A stretch of DNA of 64,000 bases from Basidiobolus meristosporus CBS 931.73 (Eukaryota > Fungi > Basidiobolomycota), in the NCBI GenBank assembly GCA_002104905.1, contig MCFE01000025.1, forward strand, positions 1-64,000. Direction: 5' to 3'. Both the position numbers and the translations under genes were made by a program. Shown in pieces: positions 24,701 through 38,533 of this stretch (positions are counted from its first letter, which is position 1; each line of letters starts with the position of its first letter). The notes below the pieces were generated by a model. The model made no database searches and had not been told where the DNA came from. It saw nothing but the letters and a program-made list of their open reading frames with translations.

Positions 24701-27700
24701 GTTGGTGCAGTTAGAGGAGCGCTTGGTACTCTCTGAAAAGGCTGCTACCGAATTGAACGAAGATTTGGCTAGGCTCCATACGCTCAAAGCTGAATTTAAT
24801 TCTAAAGTTGCGGAGGTTCAAGATTTGCAATCGTTGGTTTCCGATCTTAAGGAAAAGCTAGAAGCATCGGATTCTCAGATCACTCAGCTAAGTACTCAAG
24901 GCGAAGAATTGTCCAGTAATTATGAGGAAGCCAAGACTCAACTTTCCAAGGCCGAGGATCTGATTTCCAGTTTGAATCATGAAAAGAATGATTTATCTGA
25001 GAGATTAGTCCAGTCACAAAATCTCAATGCCGAGCTCAAGCAAGCGATGCAAGGAAGCGACTCTAGTATGTTTGAGATGCAAGAGACCCTCGAAGCTGAG
25101 AGGCGCAAAATTGCAGAGTTCCAATCTAACACTAAGCAGCTCGCTATTCAACTAAGTGATCTGCAAGAGAATCTTGATTCAAAGGAGTTGGAACTCTCAG
25201 AAGAAGTAGAGAAGAGCAAGTTGAAATTGGATGAGCTTCGTGAGCAATCTCAACGCCAAGTAGAAGAGATGAAGGCAGAATATGAAGAGATGCTTGAAAA
25301 AATGAGATCCGAGCTTGGCGAAGCACGTGAGTTGACCGAGCAAACTGAGCAGCAAAAGAACGAGTTGGAGGTAGAATTTAAAGGAATGCTGGATTCTGCT
25401 TTCGAGGAAAAAGATCTCGTTTTGGAGCAGCTTACAAAGTCACAAGAAGAATGCGAGTCTCTGAGAGGTAAACTGACTCAGTACGAGGAGAAAATTGCCG
25501 AAACAGAAGCACTTCTTGGCGAGCAACAGTCGCAAACCCAGGACTCGTTGAAGAGTCTACAAGAGGTTACTGCTATCAAAGGTGAGCTTCATTTGAAGAT
25601 TGCTATTCTGAAGCAGCAGCATACTTCAATCATGCAGGAGCACAAGGAAGAGATTCAAGCACTTCAGAGTTTGCTCGAAAAAACTCTTTCACATTTTGTT
25701 TCATATGTTGAGCAAAATCAAGCCGAACTCGATCAGCTGAAAATTGAAAAGCAAAAAGCAAGCGACGATTTAGCTCAAGCAAACAAAGAACTAGAGGAGT
25801 GGAAAGTTAGCGCTAGCAACAGTGACGATCGACTAGGCAACATTGTCAAATCACTTGAGCACGAAAAAGAAAGATGTGCCCAATTAACTAACGAGATCGC
25901 CAATGTCAAACGCGACTTGGAGTCGACCAAGGAGACACTCAAAGAGAAGAATACACAGATTGAACTTCAATGCGATGAAGCTGAAGAAGCTCTGGCCCAG
26001 GCAAATGAGGACTCTGCCGAAAAGATTAGACAATTGAAAGAGATCCATGCTGATCAGATTCAAGATCTCGAGCGTTCCCTAGAAGAAAGCGTTGCCGCTG
26101 TGAAAATGGAAAGCAGTGAGAAATTGAAGGCTACTATCGATTTGTATTCTGGCAAGATTAGAGATATGGAGGGTAAATTGGAGGATTCTAATAACGAGTT
26201 GAAAATTCTTCGGAACACATTGTCGGAAACCGAGAAGAAGTACAAGCAGTTGAATTCCAAACTTGAAGGTGGAAGTTATACTCCCGTTCAAGATTATCAA
26301 AATGCAGTCGAAGCTCTTCACGCGTATGAGTTGGAACTTACCAAGACTTTGGAGTTGCTGAAAAATGAACGAGCTCAAAGTGAGGCTTTCAAACAAAAGT
26401 ACTATATGTTATCAGAACAGCTCGATAATGTCAAAGAACAAATGCAAGAGCAGGAGTTGAATATTTCCAACCAGGCAACACATGATTTCGAAATCAAGAT
26501 CAAACAGCTGCAGGAAGAACACAATCAAGCAATTGAATCTCTTCGCAAGCAACTTAAAGAATCCGAAAGCAGCCTTGATTCTTCCAAGAGTTTAATCAAT
26601 GAACAGGAGAATAAGTTAAAGGTACTGGAGGAGACTCATGCTCGAGACATACAGTCATCTTCGAAACAATTGGATGAACTTCAACAAGCGCTCGATGCCT
26701 CTCAGCTTGTTGTCACTTCTCGGGATGAGATGATCAAGGAAATCGAGAACAAATACACTCAAACCATAGATGAGTTACGTGCAAAGATTTCCGAAACCGA
26801 ACGAGATCTTGAGATTACTGAACAGATGGCTTCTGATCAAACAACAAGCGCAAAAGAGCTTGCAGCAGATGTCGAGTCTCTTCAATCAGAAATCCTGAAG
26901 ATGAAGGAACAGAATGCTCAATTACAAACGAAAAACTCGGATTTGGAGAGCAAACATCAAGAACTCATCGCCTCTGTTGCAGATTTGCAAACACAATTAG
27001 AAGCATCAGCCAATATCTCTCAGGAAGCAATGGATCTAAAGACAGAGCTAGCCGAGGCTGATAAAAAGCTTCATGTTGCCAATGAAAAGCAAATGACTCT
27101 CCAAGATCAAGTCCAGGATCAAAGTGAACAGATCAAAGATCTCTCCGAGGAGCTCGAGAACCTTGGCAACGATCTTAAAGAGCAGCTGTCAAATGCGGAA
27201 GAAATTAGTCGTTTGAAGAGTCAGATGTCCGACTTGGAAGAAAAACTTCAAATTTCTGCCAGTGAAATTTCATCCTTCAAGCGCGAGAACGAACTTCTTG
27301 TCGAAGAATTGGCTCATTCAAAAGATAAGATCGAACAAGTAACATCCGAGTTGACATCCGGCGAACACGAAAAAGCTGTAAACCTTCTCAACAGTGAGTT
27401 GTCTGATAGAGAATCTGAGCTCCGTAATATCCGCAAGGATTTGACAAACTACAAACAAGAAACGGAAAAAGAGATTATGAATCTGAAGAAAGAAGGCAAG
27501 CTAGCATTGGAGACGTTGGCAGAGGAATTTGAGAAAAAGGAGAAAGCTTGGCTTTCGGAGAAAGACAAATATGAAGCTACCGAAAAACAGCTTCAGCTAG
27601 AGATTGACCGAAACCAAGCACTCTTCGCCAAAGAAAACAAACTCAAATCCCTCAAGGTTGTTGAATTGGAAGATAAAGTGCGTGAATTGACGGAGAATTT

Positions 27701-28439
27701 GTCCGTGGGCCAGCAAAAACTTGCTGGGTTGCAACAATCATTGCATCAGCGTGAAAGTGAGGTCGAGTTTTCTAGCAAGAAACTTCTGAAGCTTGAAACC
27801 CAAATCTCCAAGGAATCTTCTGAAGTCGAGCCCAGTCATGATACTCCGGATGATCAATTGGATGTCGTGCGTAGCTTAAACAATGAGTTGGATCAATTGC
27901 GGTCCGAGAACGAAGTTCTTCGAAAGGAGTATCGTACTATTGTTCTAGTGAAAAACAACGAGATATCCAAAAGCCGTCAAACTGCGGATGCTCTTCTTCA
28001 AGCGCAACTGGAAAATGACAAGTTGAAGAGAAAAATCGATTCGTTGATGTCAAACACCAAAGAAGAAATCAAATCACCAGAAAACAATCCTCCAGCGAAG
28101 CGACACACTCGTAGCAGTAGAGCTTCCAATTCAACTTCTGAAATCTCGTCAGCTATTGTATCACCTAAGCGTAAAGTGGTTGATGTTGCGGTGGAGATTG
28201 AGACCAAGGTAGTAAGTCCTACAAGGCGCTCAACAAGAACATCATTGAAGAAAGCTCGTTTGGAAAGTACAGATACTGTCTCGTCAGAAATCAAATCAAT
28301 GGTGTCGAACGACGCCAGTGTAGCTGAAGAGAGTAAGCCAACCAAGCCTTCCAGACGACTTAGGCCACTCCGATCTCGCCGTGGAGCAAACAAAGACGAC
28401 GATGAAGAAGCAGCTACGCCCGAGTGTAACCAACAGTAG
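21770..28439 (+). CDS. CENPE: Kinesin-7 (CENP-E-like) with ~1700-aa coiled-coil stalk; three short 5' exons plus one 6.2-kb exon
   Basis: INVAIRARPL, P-loop split over introns (AYGQTSSGKT), switch I MNERSSRSH, switch II [30 protein letters not shown], kinesin-7 signature KVRRRTW, C-terminus PECNQQ. Confidence 0.9.
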
Positions 28440-28751
28440 ACAATACTTCATTATCCTCTATTTTGCGAACCTGGCCAACATTATTATATATGTAAGATAC
28501 TCTAGCAAACAACGCTTCATTCATTGCTTCTTTTTCGGGTTTTGAACTTATTTTTTAGAAACATGTACTATGTAATACTCCTTCAAATATATACTCAGGT
28601 GCCCTGTGAATAAACAAAATGGCAGACGAATACTTTAGGTGGTACATGATTTAATATGAAAAAACCACAGCTTGCGACATCTTCACTTAAAACATTCTAT
28701 AACTACATTCAAACATTGTTTAAAAAGCATTGATTTCACATAAAAGATGGC

Positions 28752-31700
28752 CTAGTCTTCATAATAGTCTCTGGATCTTCTCGACCTCGAGTGGCTTTCC
28801 CGACGAGACTTGCGGTGGGATCGATGATGGTAGTCATAGTCTTCATCTCTAGCCTCACCCTCCTCAATACTAGAAGTGCTCATAGCATCATCATCTCGTT
28901 TGGATTTCTGTTGATGGGAAACACGCTTACTAACGAAACAACCATAGGCAGCTGAGTAGCTTAGGCACGTACCTTTTTTTTATGCTTTCTGCGCTCATCG
29001 TCACTATCGGATGCATCCGAGTCATTTCTATGGCGGCGCGACTTGTGGTGCTTTTTCTTGCGGTCTTTCTTGTGTTTCCTCTTACGGGAGGACTCTTTAT
29101 CATCCAGCTCGCCTTCCTCGGCTTTCACTGTGCCTTCTTCACTGTCTTCTGCCCGTTCTTTTTCCTTCTCCTATTGGGAATTAAGCTTTCGTGAGACGCG
29201 GCATCAAAAACACTAAATGATGTGAACTACCTTCAACCTGTCCAGATATTTCTGGAACAAATGCTGGCGCTCCTCTTCCGACTCCACAGCCTTAAACTCC
29301 TCCTCATTTTCAATTGAAGGGCGCACCTAGTTGAACAGTTAATGGCTCGCCCACGATACCGATCTACCTAGGTAACTCACCTCGCTCCAATGAGTATCAA
29401 CAGAGACATGGGGCTTCAGGTGCTTTAGCAGATATTTGAAATCATCCGCGATTCTTCTTTTGCGCTTCTGCTCCTTTCTTTGCTCTTCCTTTTGCTTACT
29501 GATAGCTTTTTTCTGGATCTGAGCCCAGTGGTTAGCTAGGAGCACCCAGTGGTCGAAGTAGAAAAAACTAACCTGTTCGAAGATAGCCTTTAATTCCTCC
29601 TCGGGTATCGCAGATACTTCTTCGGTGCCTTTCAATGCCTCGGTGAACGAACTGAACGTGTCATCAGGGGCGATGGCAATGTTTTTCTCCTAGAAAAAGA
29701 GGGTCAGTAACACCCTAAAGAAGGAAACACGGCTCTCGTCACCTTTAAGATGTCGGTTATGAGCTTGCGCTTCTGGTAGATCTTTTCATCTAGCATTTCA
29801 ATGGCATCCCAAAAGAGCTCCAGTGGGGATGATCCCGGCTGACCCAGCATGCTGATATAGCACTCGTGATCCTTGACAATAGGATAGAAATCCTCCCAGC
29901 GCGATCTTACTGTGATTCTTCCGGACTTGATCGAGCTCTCTATCAAATCCTGCAAGTTTCCTGGTTAGCAACAGATGCTGACCAAGGGTTGAGGGGAATA
30001 TTTACTCTAATGGCGTCTCTGTTCTTACGCTCCGTGCGTATACGCGCTTCTTTCTCTCTCTTCCTCTTGTCCATGTACTCGTCCTCTAGCTTCTTTATGT
30101 GCTCCTCAAATACTGCTAAAAAGTCCAGAGCATCCATCGCCTCCCAAGAAACATCCTGAAAGCCAGGCGATCCTCTGAAAATGGCCTGGGCATCCTTCCA
30201 GCGTGTCTCTCTGGTGATCTCAGGGATCTCTTCAAGAAGCTGAGCAAATCGCACCATACCCTCTTTGCGCTTGATACGCTCTTGGTCCTGGAAGCAGCGG
30301 GATGTGAATGGCTAGTCTTGGGAAAAGCCTCGTGTAACGGAGATACATACCTTCTCTCTCTTTTTCACTTCGTAAAGATAATCTTCATAATAACCTCGCA
30401 TCTCTTTCTCATCGCGAATATGCTGGAATGCCGAATCATGTCGCAGAATCTCCTTAGCTTTCCTGGTCCATGTGTTAGAGGTCAATGTGCTGGGGAGTTG
30501 AGTTAAAAACACTAACGAACCTCCAGCTAAATGCAGATGTGATTTCCGGATGCTTTTCCAACATCAAAAGGAAATCTCCTCGATTCTTGAGCGTCCTGAC
30601 TTTATATTCTTCCTGTGCATCATTTCGAGAATTAGCTGTGATTCCACGACACCCCGCCTATCTCACTCACCTCTTCGATCCTTTTCCTGTCTTGAACGTA
30701 TTTCTGGAACGCCTGCTTTCTTTCGGCTAACGATTTCAAAGAGCGGTAGATAGGGTGGCTGATGACCGCTCTCATAGTCTGCTCCCACGACCATGAAGAT
30801 GTAACGCCCTGAAAATAGACATGAGACTGCCATTCTCCAAGAAGCCTAAGCTCTGCTACTAACCGTGTCCTTGAGCAGTTTGAAAAATGCCGTCTCGGCC
30901 TCCTCCTTAGTCTTGAAGTCAATTGATATATTCGAGATAATGGGGACAGGCTTGCTCGGGGGTGTAGCTGTCTTGGCGGTAGATGGAGGAGTGCTGATTT
31001 TGGAGGGAATAGGAGATGCTCGAGCCACTTCGAGAGAAGTAGGCTTAGGGGAGGGCTTACCCATCGACTTTTCTGCCGATTCTATATTGTGAATGAAGAT
31101 CGACGTTTCCAGGTCTGCTTAGTATCCAAAGTACAAACGTACGTTTACATCATAAGCAAGGGTTACCTTTGAACTCTGCTGGCATCTCCCAAGTTGTGAC
31201 TTTGGTGGATGAGTTGTGGTAATACTTGCGACCATCCTCCGTTGTGTACTCTTTCCATAGACTTGAATGTTCCGAGGGCTGTGGCGTGGCATTGGCGTTG
31301 GGAGATTTCACCGGGGTGGCTTCACCTTCTTGCGCTATAGCACATATTAATCGCACGTCAACGTGAATCCGCTAGAGTCGAAACTACCTTTTAATTCGCT
31401 CGGTGCCTCCCAAGTGGTAACTTTGGTCTCAGTGTTGTAGTAGTACTTCTTTCCATCTTTTGTTGAGTACTCTTTCCATACTGTACTCTTGGGCTGTGTT
31501 TTCTAAGCACGGTTAGAAAATAGGATTAGCTTTTGAGGCTGGCAGTGGAGAAATCACGCGTTGAATACCTCGCTGGGAGTAGAAAAGTCCGCAGGCTTCT
31601 CCCATAGGCTCTGTTTTGTTACTGAGTTATAGTAATATGTTCTACCATCAGGCATTAAATGTTCTGACCATGTCTGGCTAGTTTGATTAGCTGTAGACGG

Positions 31701-31816
31701 CTATGAATTGAACATACAGTGTGAATTCAACGATCACGATCAAAGGCTATGTCGCAATGCTGAGCGATGCGGAAAACATGTACACTTACTACGTGATCTT
31801 CTGGTGTCATTTGCAT
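28752..31816 (-). CDS. PRP40: Prp40 U1 snRNP factor (2 WW + FF domains, RS-like tail), multi-exon
   Basis: WW motifs ([26 protein letters not shown]), [51 protein letters not shown] repeats, basic His/Arg/Ser tail. Confidence 0.9.
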
Positions 31817-32302
31817 ATTATCCGAGGATGCCCACGACATCAGAAATTAGGTATACGATACAGCTGTAAAAAATAAACCCAACCCTCTGATACTTGCCGT
31901 TCACACGAAATCTATATATCATCCTATTTGGATGCGGTTTTTAATTTCACTATTCAAACTGATCGATACGAATTCCACCGAAAAATGGCAAAGCCGAAAT
32001 ACATTCGGCATTCGATGGAGGATTTGGCCGTGCTTGCAAAATCGCCCAGTGGTGCAATGCAATTAGCATGTTTATTCGGGGTCGCTATACTCAATATTAT
32101 TTGAACTGTACATATGGAAGGGAAGACCACCGCATGATACTTAGATCTTACGAGTGCCTGGTTTGACAGCTGTGAGTCTCCTAGAAGGCATAACAGAAGC
32201 ACGAACGCTCTTGCGCATCTTGGGGTTGGCTACTCGCGAGGCAGGCTCTGTATAGTTGGTAATATCAATAACCGTTGACTAGGTAAATGGTAGCCGAGTT
32301 CT

Positions 32303-32979
32303 CTAACCTTGTTGATTTTTCATCGCCTTGAGGGCTTGCTCTTGTTCGATTTTTTTGCGCTCTTCTCTTTCCCGGCGCTCCCTTGCTTCTCTCTCCCTCC
32401 TTTCCTTTTCCGCTTTCAGTTGCTCGATTCTCATTTTATCCTATTGCAAGTCAGTTTCAGCGGAAAAAAAGTACGAGTGGATCAAGACATACATGCGAGA
32501 CTCCCTCCCAGTTAGAGTCCGAGAGTAACTTCTGAGTGTGTTGAGTTTGGGACAACAGTTTGGACCACACGTTTAAGAGGCTTTCGGTTTGACCAACAGT
32601 ATTACTAAAATGCTTGCCGCCGTGCAGAACGAGTGAGCCTGGGAAATACAAGGACAGAATAGGGTATGTGCGATACCTGGAGTTTGATACGGGTTCCACT
32701 CAAGTTCTCTTTAATTTTACACAAGGCTAGATTCAGCTGCTGGGCCTTTCTCAATTCTTCCGATAGGAAATCATGCTCGCTGGGGCCGTTCTTTGTTTTT
32801 AAGAACATATGCTTTGAAAGGACTTCGGTATCATCAGCATCGGAGAATCCACTTTCAGACAGGCCAAGGGATCGCTCGGGAGACTCGTGGGAGTTGTCGA
32901 ATATGTTGGTATCCTCTAGGCAGCTGTTGTCATCGTAACTACTCTCGAACTCGAAGGATTCGGTTTCTACCATTGCCAT
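32303..32979 (-). CDS. DUO1: DASH/Dam1 complex subunit Duo1-like, 3 exons
   Basis: LRKAQQLNLALCKIKENL...|HFSNTVGQTESLLNVWSKLLSQTQHTQKLLSDSNWEGVSH|DKMRIEQ followed by a charged coiled coil; matches the Duo1 LL..W..ILSQ..H...L.....W.G motif. Confidence 0.75.
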
Positions 32980-33392
32980 ACTGGAAAATGTGGGGATAGT
33001 GTGTGAGAAGTGAGGAACCACCGTATTAGCTACTACTACGCCGTAATGGTTGTTTTCGAAATAAACCTTGAGTAAACAAATAACACTAACCAATTATTAG
33101 GTCACAATCAAAATCCAATCTAACTAGATTGATTAACTGGGACACATATATCTGGATAGAGATACATGCAGATCGTGAATTCTTGATGGTTCTCATCTAT
33201 TCCTGTCCTGATTAAAATGGCCAGCATTTCTGCGGCTACTGGGTAATATTCCTCTAATTTCTATCCACGTAGATCCAATCATAGTTGCTCACGTAAAATT
33301 TGTTACTGAATTTTGCCATCGAGCCGTAGATCTAAGATTTATATTTAACACCGCAAGCGCAATGGACTGTCTTCAACTGTTCATTGCCCAAA

Positions 33393-34713
33393 ATGCACGC
33401 TCGACAGTACTCTTTGCTTATACTTCTTTTGTCAGTTCCCTTTATCTCTGCATACGTAGCAAATGACAGTTCCTCCGACGATGTGATCTGCCCCGGAGAT
33501 GGCGCCTGTTACCCACGAATATTTGAAGCGACCACGGAATTTCAACCGATCAAAGAAGGCCAAGAAATACCTCCAGGTAACGAGGTTTTTGTGACAGATA
33601 TCACGACGACAGAATACTCACAGGCTCTGTTTTGAAGGTCTCCATGTTCGCTTGAACGTTTACACTGGGGAAAAGGAAGCAAAGCTCATGGATAATGAGG
33701 ATACCACGGCAGATCATTCGTTAACCGTGAACCCTGAAGAAGAATACTCCATAGTACCAGTGAGCAACGACACAGACCCCGCTCAACAAGTCGTAGAGGA
33801 TACCGTTCCTCCAAAATTCAACTCTGAATTTAGGGACTCCTCCAAGCCTAATGCGCGAATTCCACAATCTGATCACCAACGCTTTGAGGCCAACCTCAAG
33901 GTCGTGTCAAACCCTACTGAATACGAAGAAGTGGAGCTTTTGGAAGCATTGGATAGCATGGAGGATCTTGTTCACGAGATTGACTTTGGAAAGCTCTTGG
34001 CCAAAAACGACGGCCTGGGTCAAGTTGCCGATTTCATGGATACCAAGTGGTCGGACGCCATCAGATTGAAAGCAGCAACGATCATTGGATCTGCTGTGCA
34101 GGTAAGACCTACCCCAAACCTATATGCGGCATTTAGACTAACCTCCTGCTCTTAGAACAATCCTCCTGTCCAGCAATCTGCACTACAACTCGATTTGGTT
34201 GGTCGTATGTTGACTAGGATTTCGAGCGAACAGCAACCGAAGGTTCTCTCTCGATACATGTACGCTCTCTCGAGTATGGTCCGAGGAAACACCCAGGCTA
34301 TCAAGGTAGTAAACGAGAAGGGTGGGTTGACCCAGCTCGCTGGGCTTTATGTGAAGCATCAGAACGAGGATTTCCGGAAGAAATGCGCCATCTTTGTGGC
34401 CGATTTCTTAAACCCAGACATGGAAGAGGTTGAGGAGTTGACTGAGCAGGTTGAGGTGCCCAGCAACATGTTGGCCAGTGAGGGAACGGAGGATTGGTGC
34501 CAACATCTCCAGAAGACACTTCTCGACTCTAGCATTACCCAAGATACCAAAGAAAAGACCATCCGAGGACTCTCCATGGTCCGGTCACAGGCCCCTGTGC
34601 CATGCGCGATCACACCAGAGCTCCAGCCATGGATCAAATCCGAGCTGATCGAGTTCGAGAGCGATCAGGATTTCGACGAGTACACTCGTATGCTTCGCTC
34701 TCTAGAAGAATAA
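33393..34713 (+). CDS. SIL1: Sil1-like ER nucleotide exchange factor for BiP, 3 exons
   Basis: Signal peptide, then CYPRIFEATTEFQPIKEGQEIPPG|LHVRLNVYTGEKEAKL, LDSMEDLVHEIDFG, AATIIGSAVQ|NNP, armadillo-like body. Confidence 0.88.
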
Positions 34714-34915
34714 TTTTGTACTATTTCTTTTTACTGTTGTAACTGGTATTTGTCTCAATGTATAACTAGTCGTGAAATAATAAATCTGCTTATAGTGAAA
34801 AAATCTGGTGGTGGCAGGGCCGCGCATATAGCTTAATCCAAATTTGCCATCCCGATCGAATAATTTTTCCTTAAGACTGGCACGCCTCTCGCGGAACTGC
34901 TTATTCTCGAAGACC

Positions 34916-36348
34916 ATGGCGGTTATGTCCACCCTCATGTTCCCGGTACGCTTGTGCCGTGGGGTATTCTATGGCGTTTCCCTGTTCAGGTACCTTGTTC
35001 TTTGTGCAAGAGCGGTGGCCAGATCGCTGCTAACCGCTGTATCAGTTTTGCTTGCGGCATGAATGCCCTTCAGTTCATTGCTCTACCTTTCCTAGTTTGT
35101 TCAAAGAGATTAAGCTACGAATTCAACTCCCACATCGCTGGGACTATTTGGAGTGTCATGCAGGTATGCCATTTCCCACGAGAGAGTATCTGACTACTTG
35201 GTTAACCGCCCTGCAGAGAATTTTCAGGGTAATTTCCAGGTGTATTACTTTTGTCAAGGAAAATCTACTCAAACGCTCCACGTCCTCGCGAACCATAGTG
35301 TCGGTATAAGGGCCGTATCACATACTCAGGCGATTCACTGCCAGACGGAGAGAGCGCCATAGTAATCAGCAATCATGTATCTACTACGGACGTATACCTT
35401 ATTCACTCGGTAGCCCAAGCGAAAGGAATGCTTCCTTACTGCAAGGTAAGCTCTGTCATACCAAATATCAGTGCTATTTACTTACACCCACAATAGTACT
35501 TTGCCAAAGATTCCCTCAAATATGTAAGTGCCGCCGATTTTGCAAACAGCGACGGAGTATTGACCACCAATTCTAGATTCCCTTTTTCGGCTGGGGGATG
35601 TGGGTAAGTCCCAGCACTGTTTGGTGATATCTTACATATGCTAAGATGATATCTAGATCATGGGCATGTTGTTCATCAAAAGAAACTGGATGAAGGTACT
35701 TCTCAAGTTAACCAACACATACATAGAGCAGTCGCTGATTTGGAGCTTAGGATCAAACCCGAATCATGAACACCTTTGCCCGATTCAAAGCGATCTCCGC
35801 TCCGGTCTGGGTCGTCTCATTCTTGGAAGGCAGTAGAATCAGCGCCTCCAAACTAGCCAAGGTAGCTACCACTGACGAAACGATGCCAATCGCTTGTGAG
35901 GCTGATCACATCTGTTTAGGCCCAAGTATTCGCCGCTGAGAGGGGCCTTCACGTACCCAGAAATATCTTGGTACCCCGCACTAAGGGATTCGTAGCCACC
36001 GTACAGGCCTTGAGGGACAGTCACGTCAAATATGTTTATGGTAAGCTAACAAGGACGAAGTCCGCTTAGTGGGGCCGTGAACTAACCAGTCAATGGGCAG
36101 ACCTGACCCTGGCCTATTGGAATAAGGTCCGTGGATTTTGTGCCGCTCCGGGTATGGTCGGCGTCCATACCCAGTGCCTGGACGACTACAAATTCCACGT
36201 TCATATTCGTCGCTTCTTGATTTCTGAACTACCCGAAGACGAGGAGAAGTTAAGTGAGTGGGTTAGACAGATCTACCAAGAGAAGGACGACTACTTAGAT
36301 GAGCTGAAGACCAATTGGGAGGCATCCGAGTTCCGCTTGAAGCCCTAG
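34916..36348 (+). CDS. Lysophospholipid acyltransferase (AGPAT3/4/LCLAT1-like), multi-exon
   Basis: Motif [22 protein letters not shown], motif [17 protein letters not shown], and C-terminal [29 protein letters not shown]. Confidence 0.88.
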
Positions 36349-36697
36349 TTTTCATACTGAAATCCATTTTTATAGAGGTGCCAGTCTGGGGGAGGGCTGG
36401 CAATGAGGAATATGAATCCATTAAAGATCAATATCAATACTCGACTCCGAGGTTTAGACTAGGTTTGTTTGATCAATTTAATGGAAAGCACGCTCAAATC
36501 AACGAGTGTTCGGCCAGAAATTAGGTAGCGTGATAGGATTTTATCTTGCATAAAGAATGGGCTACAGTATGAAGAAGACACATCTAAGATGAATGTGGCA
36601 AAACATAAAAAATGTGTGCGAAAAATTAAATAACAATTTTCACTGGGAATTATGACTATACATTCAGTGTTTATCGTGATGAATGATCAAGAATAAG

Positions 36698-37941
36698 TTA
36701 GACCTTGACTGAAGAGAGCTTGTCAGCAAGCTCATCGACTTCATCCTTCTCCTTCTCCTCTTCTTCCTCCTCCTCTTCTTCGGATGCTTCTTCCTCCTCC
36801 TCGTCTTCACTCAACTCCTCCATGTCGGAAAGGGAGCCAAGAGCTTCTTCGTTTCCATTCTCCGAAAGGATCTCACGAATCTTGTCGACAACATCGCTAT
36901 CCTCGGGGAAATAGTTTCCGTTGAGCTCGAGAGTGCGGAGATTCTTCATGGTGGCAACGGCATCGGCAAGAATCTCAGCGGCATCTTGCTGAATTTCATT
37001 ATAGGTGAGAATCAACTCGGATAGGCACTCGTGTCCAGACTTCAAGGCCTCAGCGATGGCAACGCCACCACGCTTGCCAAGAAGACAATCACCAATGTTC
37101 AAAACAGACAATTTGGGCCATGAAGGCAAAGCATCGGCAACGGCTCTGGCTCCTACATCGGTGAAAGTGTTGTCTTGAAGATCGAGAACTTCAAGGCTGG
37201 AACACTTGGCCAAGGACTTGGCCAACAGTTCAATGCCTTCGGGACGGATACCATTTTGAGGAAGACGGATTTCTCTGAGAGTACCGTGAGCTTCGAAAGC
37301 CTCAGCAAGAGCCTTGGAAGAGCCATTCTCAAGTCTGTTACGACCAGCGATGATGGTTCTGAGAGAGGAGGGACGTCCTTCAGCAACATTCTTCTCTTGG
37401 GCTGCCAATAGGGCCTTGGCAATAAGGTTGCCACCTTGAACACCGAGACCGTTGTTGTTGAGCTTCAATACTTGAAGATGACGGTTGTTAGCAAGGAAGT
37501 CAACCATAGGCTCAGCACCAGCAGGCCCGAAAGCGTTATCACTCAAGTTCAACTCGATGAGCTCCTCCTTGTCCTCGAGGGCATCACAGATGGCTTTCAA
37601 TACGGGAGGGATTTCGGAACGGAGACGACCAGTGAAGATATCACTCAAGTTCATAACCTAAAGGGCCAGACACCTGCGTTAATGCTGCTTATTCAGAGAG
37701 AGAGAGAAGGCCTTTCTACGGCCTCGTTTTACTTTACCTTTAAGGATTTCTTCTGCTTGAAAGCTTCGGCCAAAGCTTTACCAGCTTCAACACCGACAGT
37801 GTTGCCGCTCATGACGACCACTTCAAGGTCTTCGAAGGCTACGATTTCTTTGACGAATTCCTGAACATCTTCGGCGGTCTCAAGCTTGAGTCCTTTACCT
37901 TCGATGCTCCAGACTTTGGTGAACTCTTGTTGGGTGGCCAT
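36698..37941 (-). CDS. RNA1: Ran GTPase-activating protein (LRR + acidic tail), 2 exons
   Basis: SIEGKGLKLETAED, LSDIFTGRLRSEIP, LSDNAFGPAG, AGRNRLENG, poly-Glu tail. Confidence 0.95.
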
Positions 37942-38533
37942 TTTAGAAGAAAAAAAAGGGATAACCTAGTAAATAAAGGAGAAGATATTTACGATAATAT
38001 TGGGCTACTCTAATATAAGTGCTGACCCGAGTTCATGGCAACCTTTTTTTTTCTTGTCTACTCCAGCATAACAATCAACCCAGCTCCTCAGGCAAATACA
38101 CTTGGTTTCGTAAACAATCAGTGGTATCTCACTGATTTGACCCAAATAGATCAACCGGATCTTACGGCATTAATGTTATGTGACATTACGAGTGGAAGGT
38201 ATAGGCTGGCCTTTATTAGGTTCACTTATTGTGATGTGATCTAAGATAAGGCTGCGCTCTCAAAAATCTCACTTGACTTCCAGAAGCACAATGAGGTGGT
38301 TTGGGCCATATACACTCTATATGGTAAGGCCAACAACGTAGCGCCCTTCAGCCACTCTCCTGTGAGTCAGTAGTAACGCTAATGAAGCCCACAAAGTGCT
38401 ACTCCAATTACGAATCTGGTATGGATGGCCAGTTCGAGAACAAAATTTTATTTCAAAAATACTTATCAGCTCGATTGTCTATTGCTCGTATCTCCATCAA
38501 CTCGTATCATTTCGGCCGTGGGCATTCGTCACG

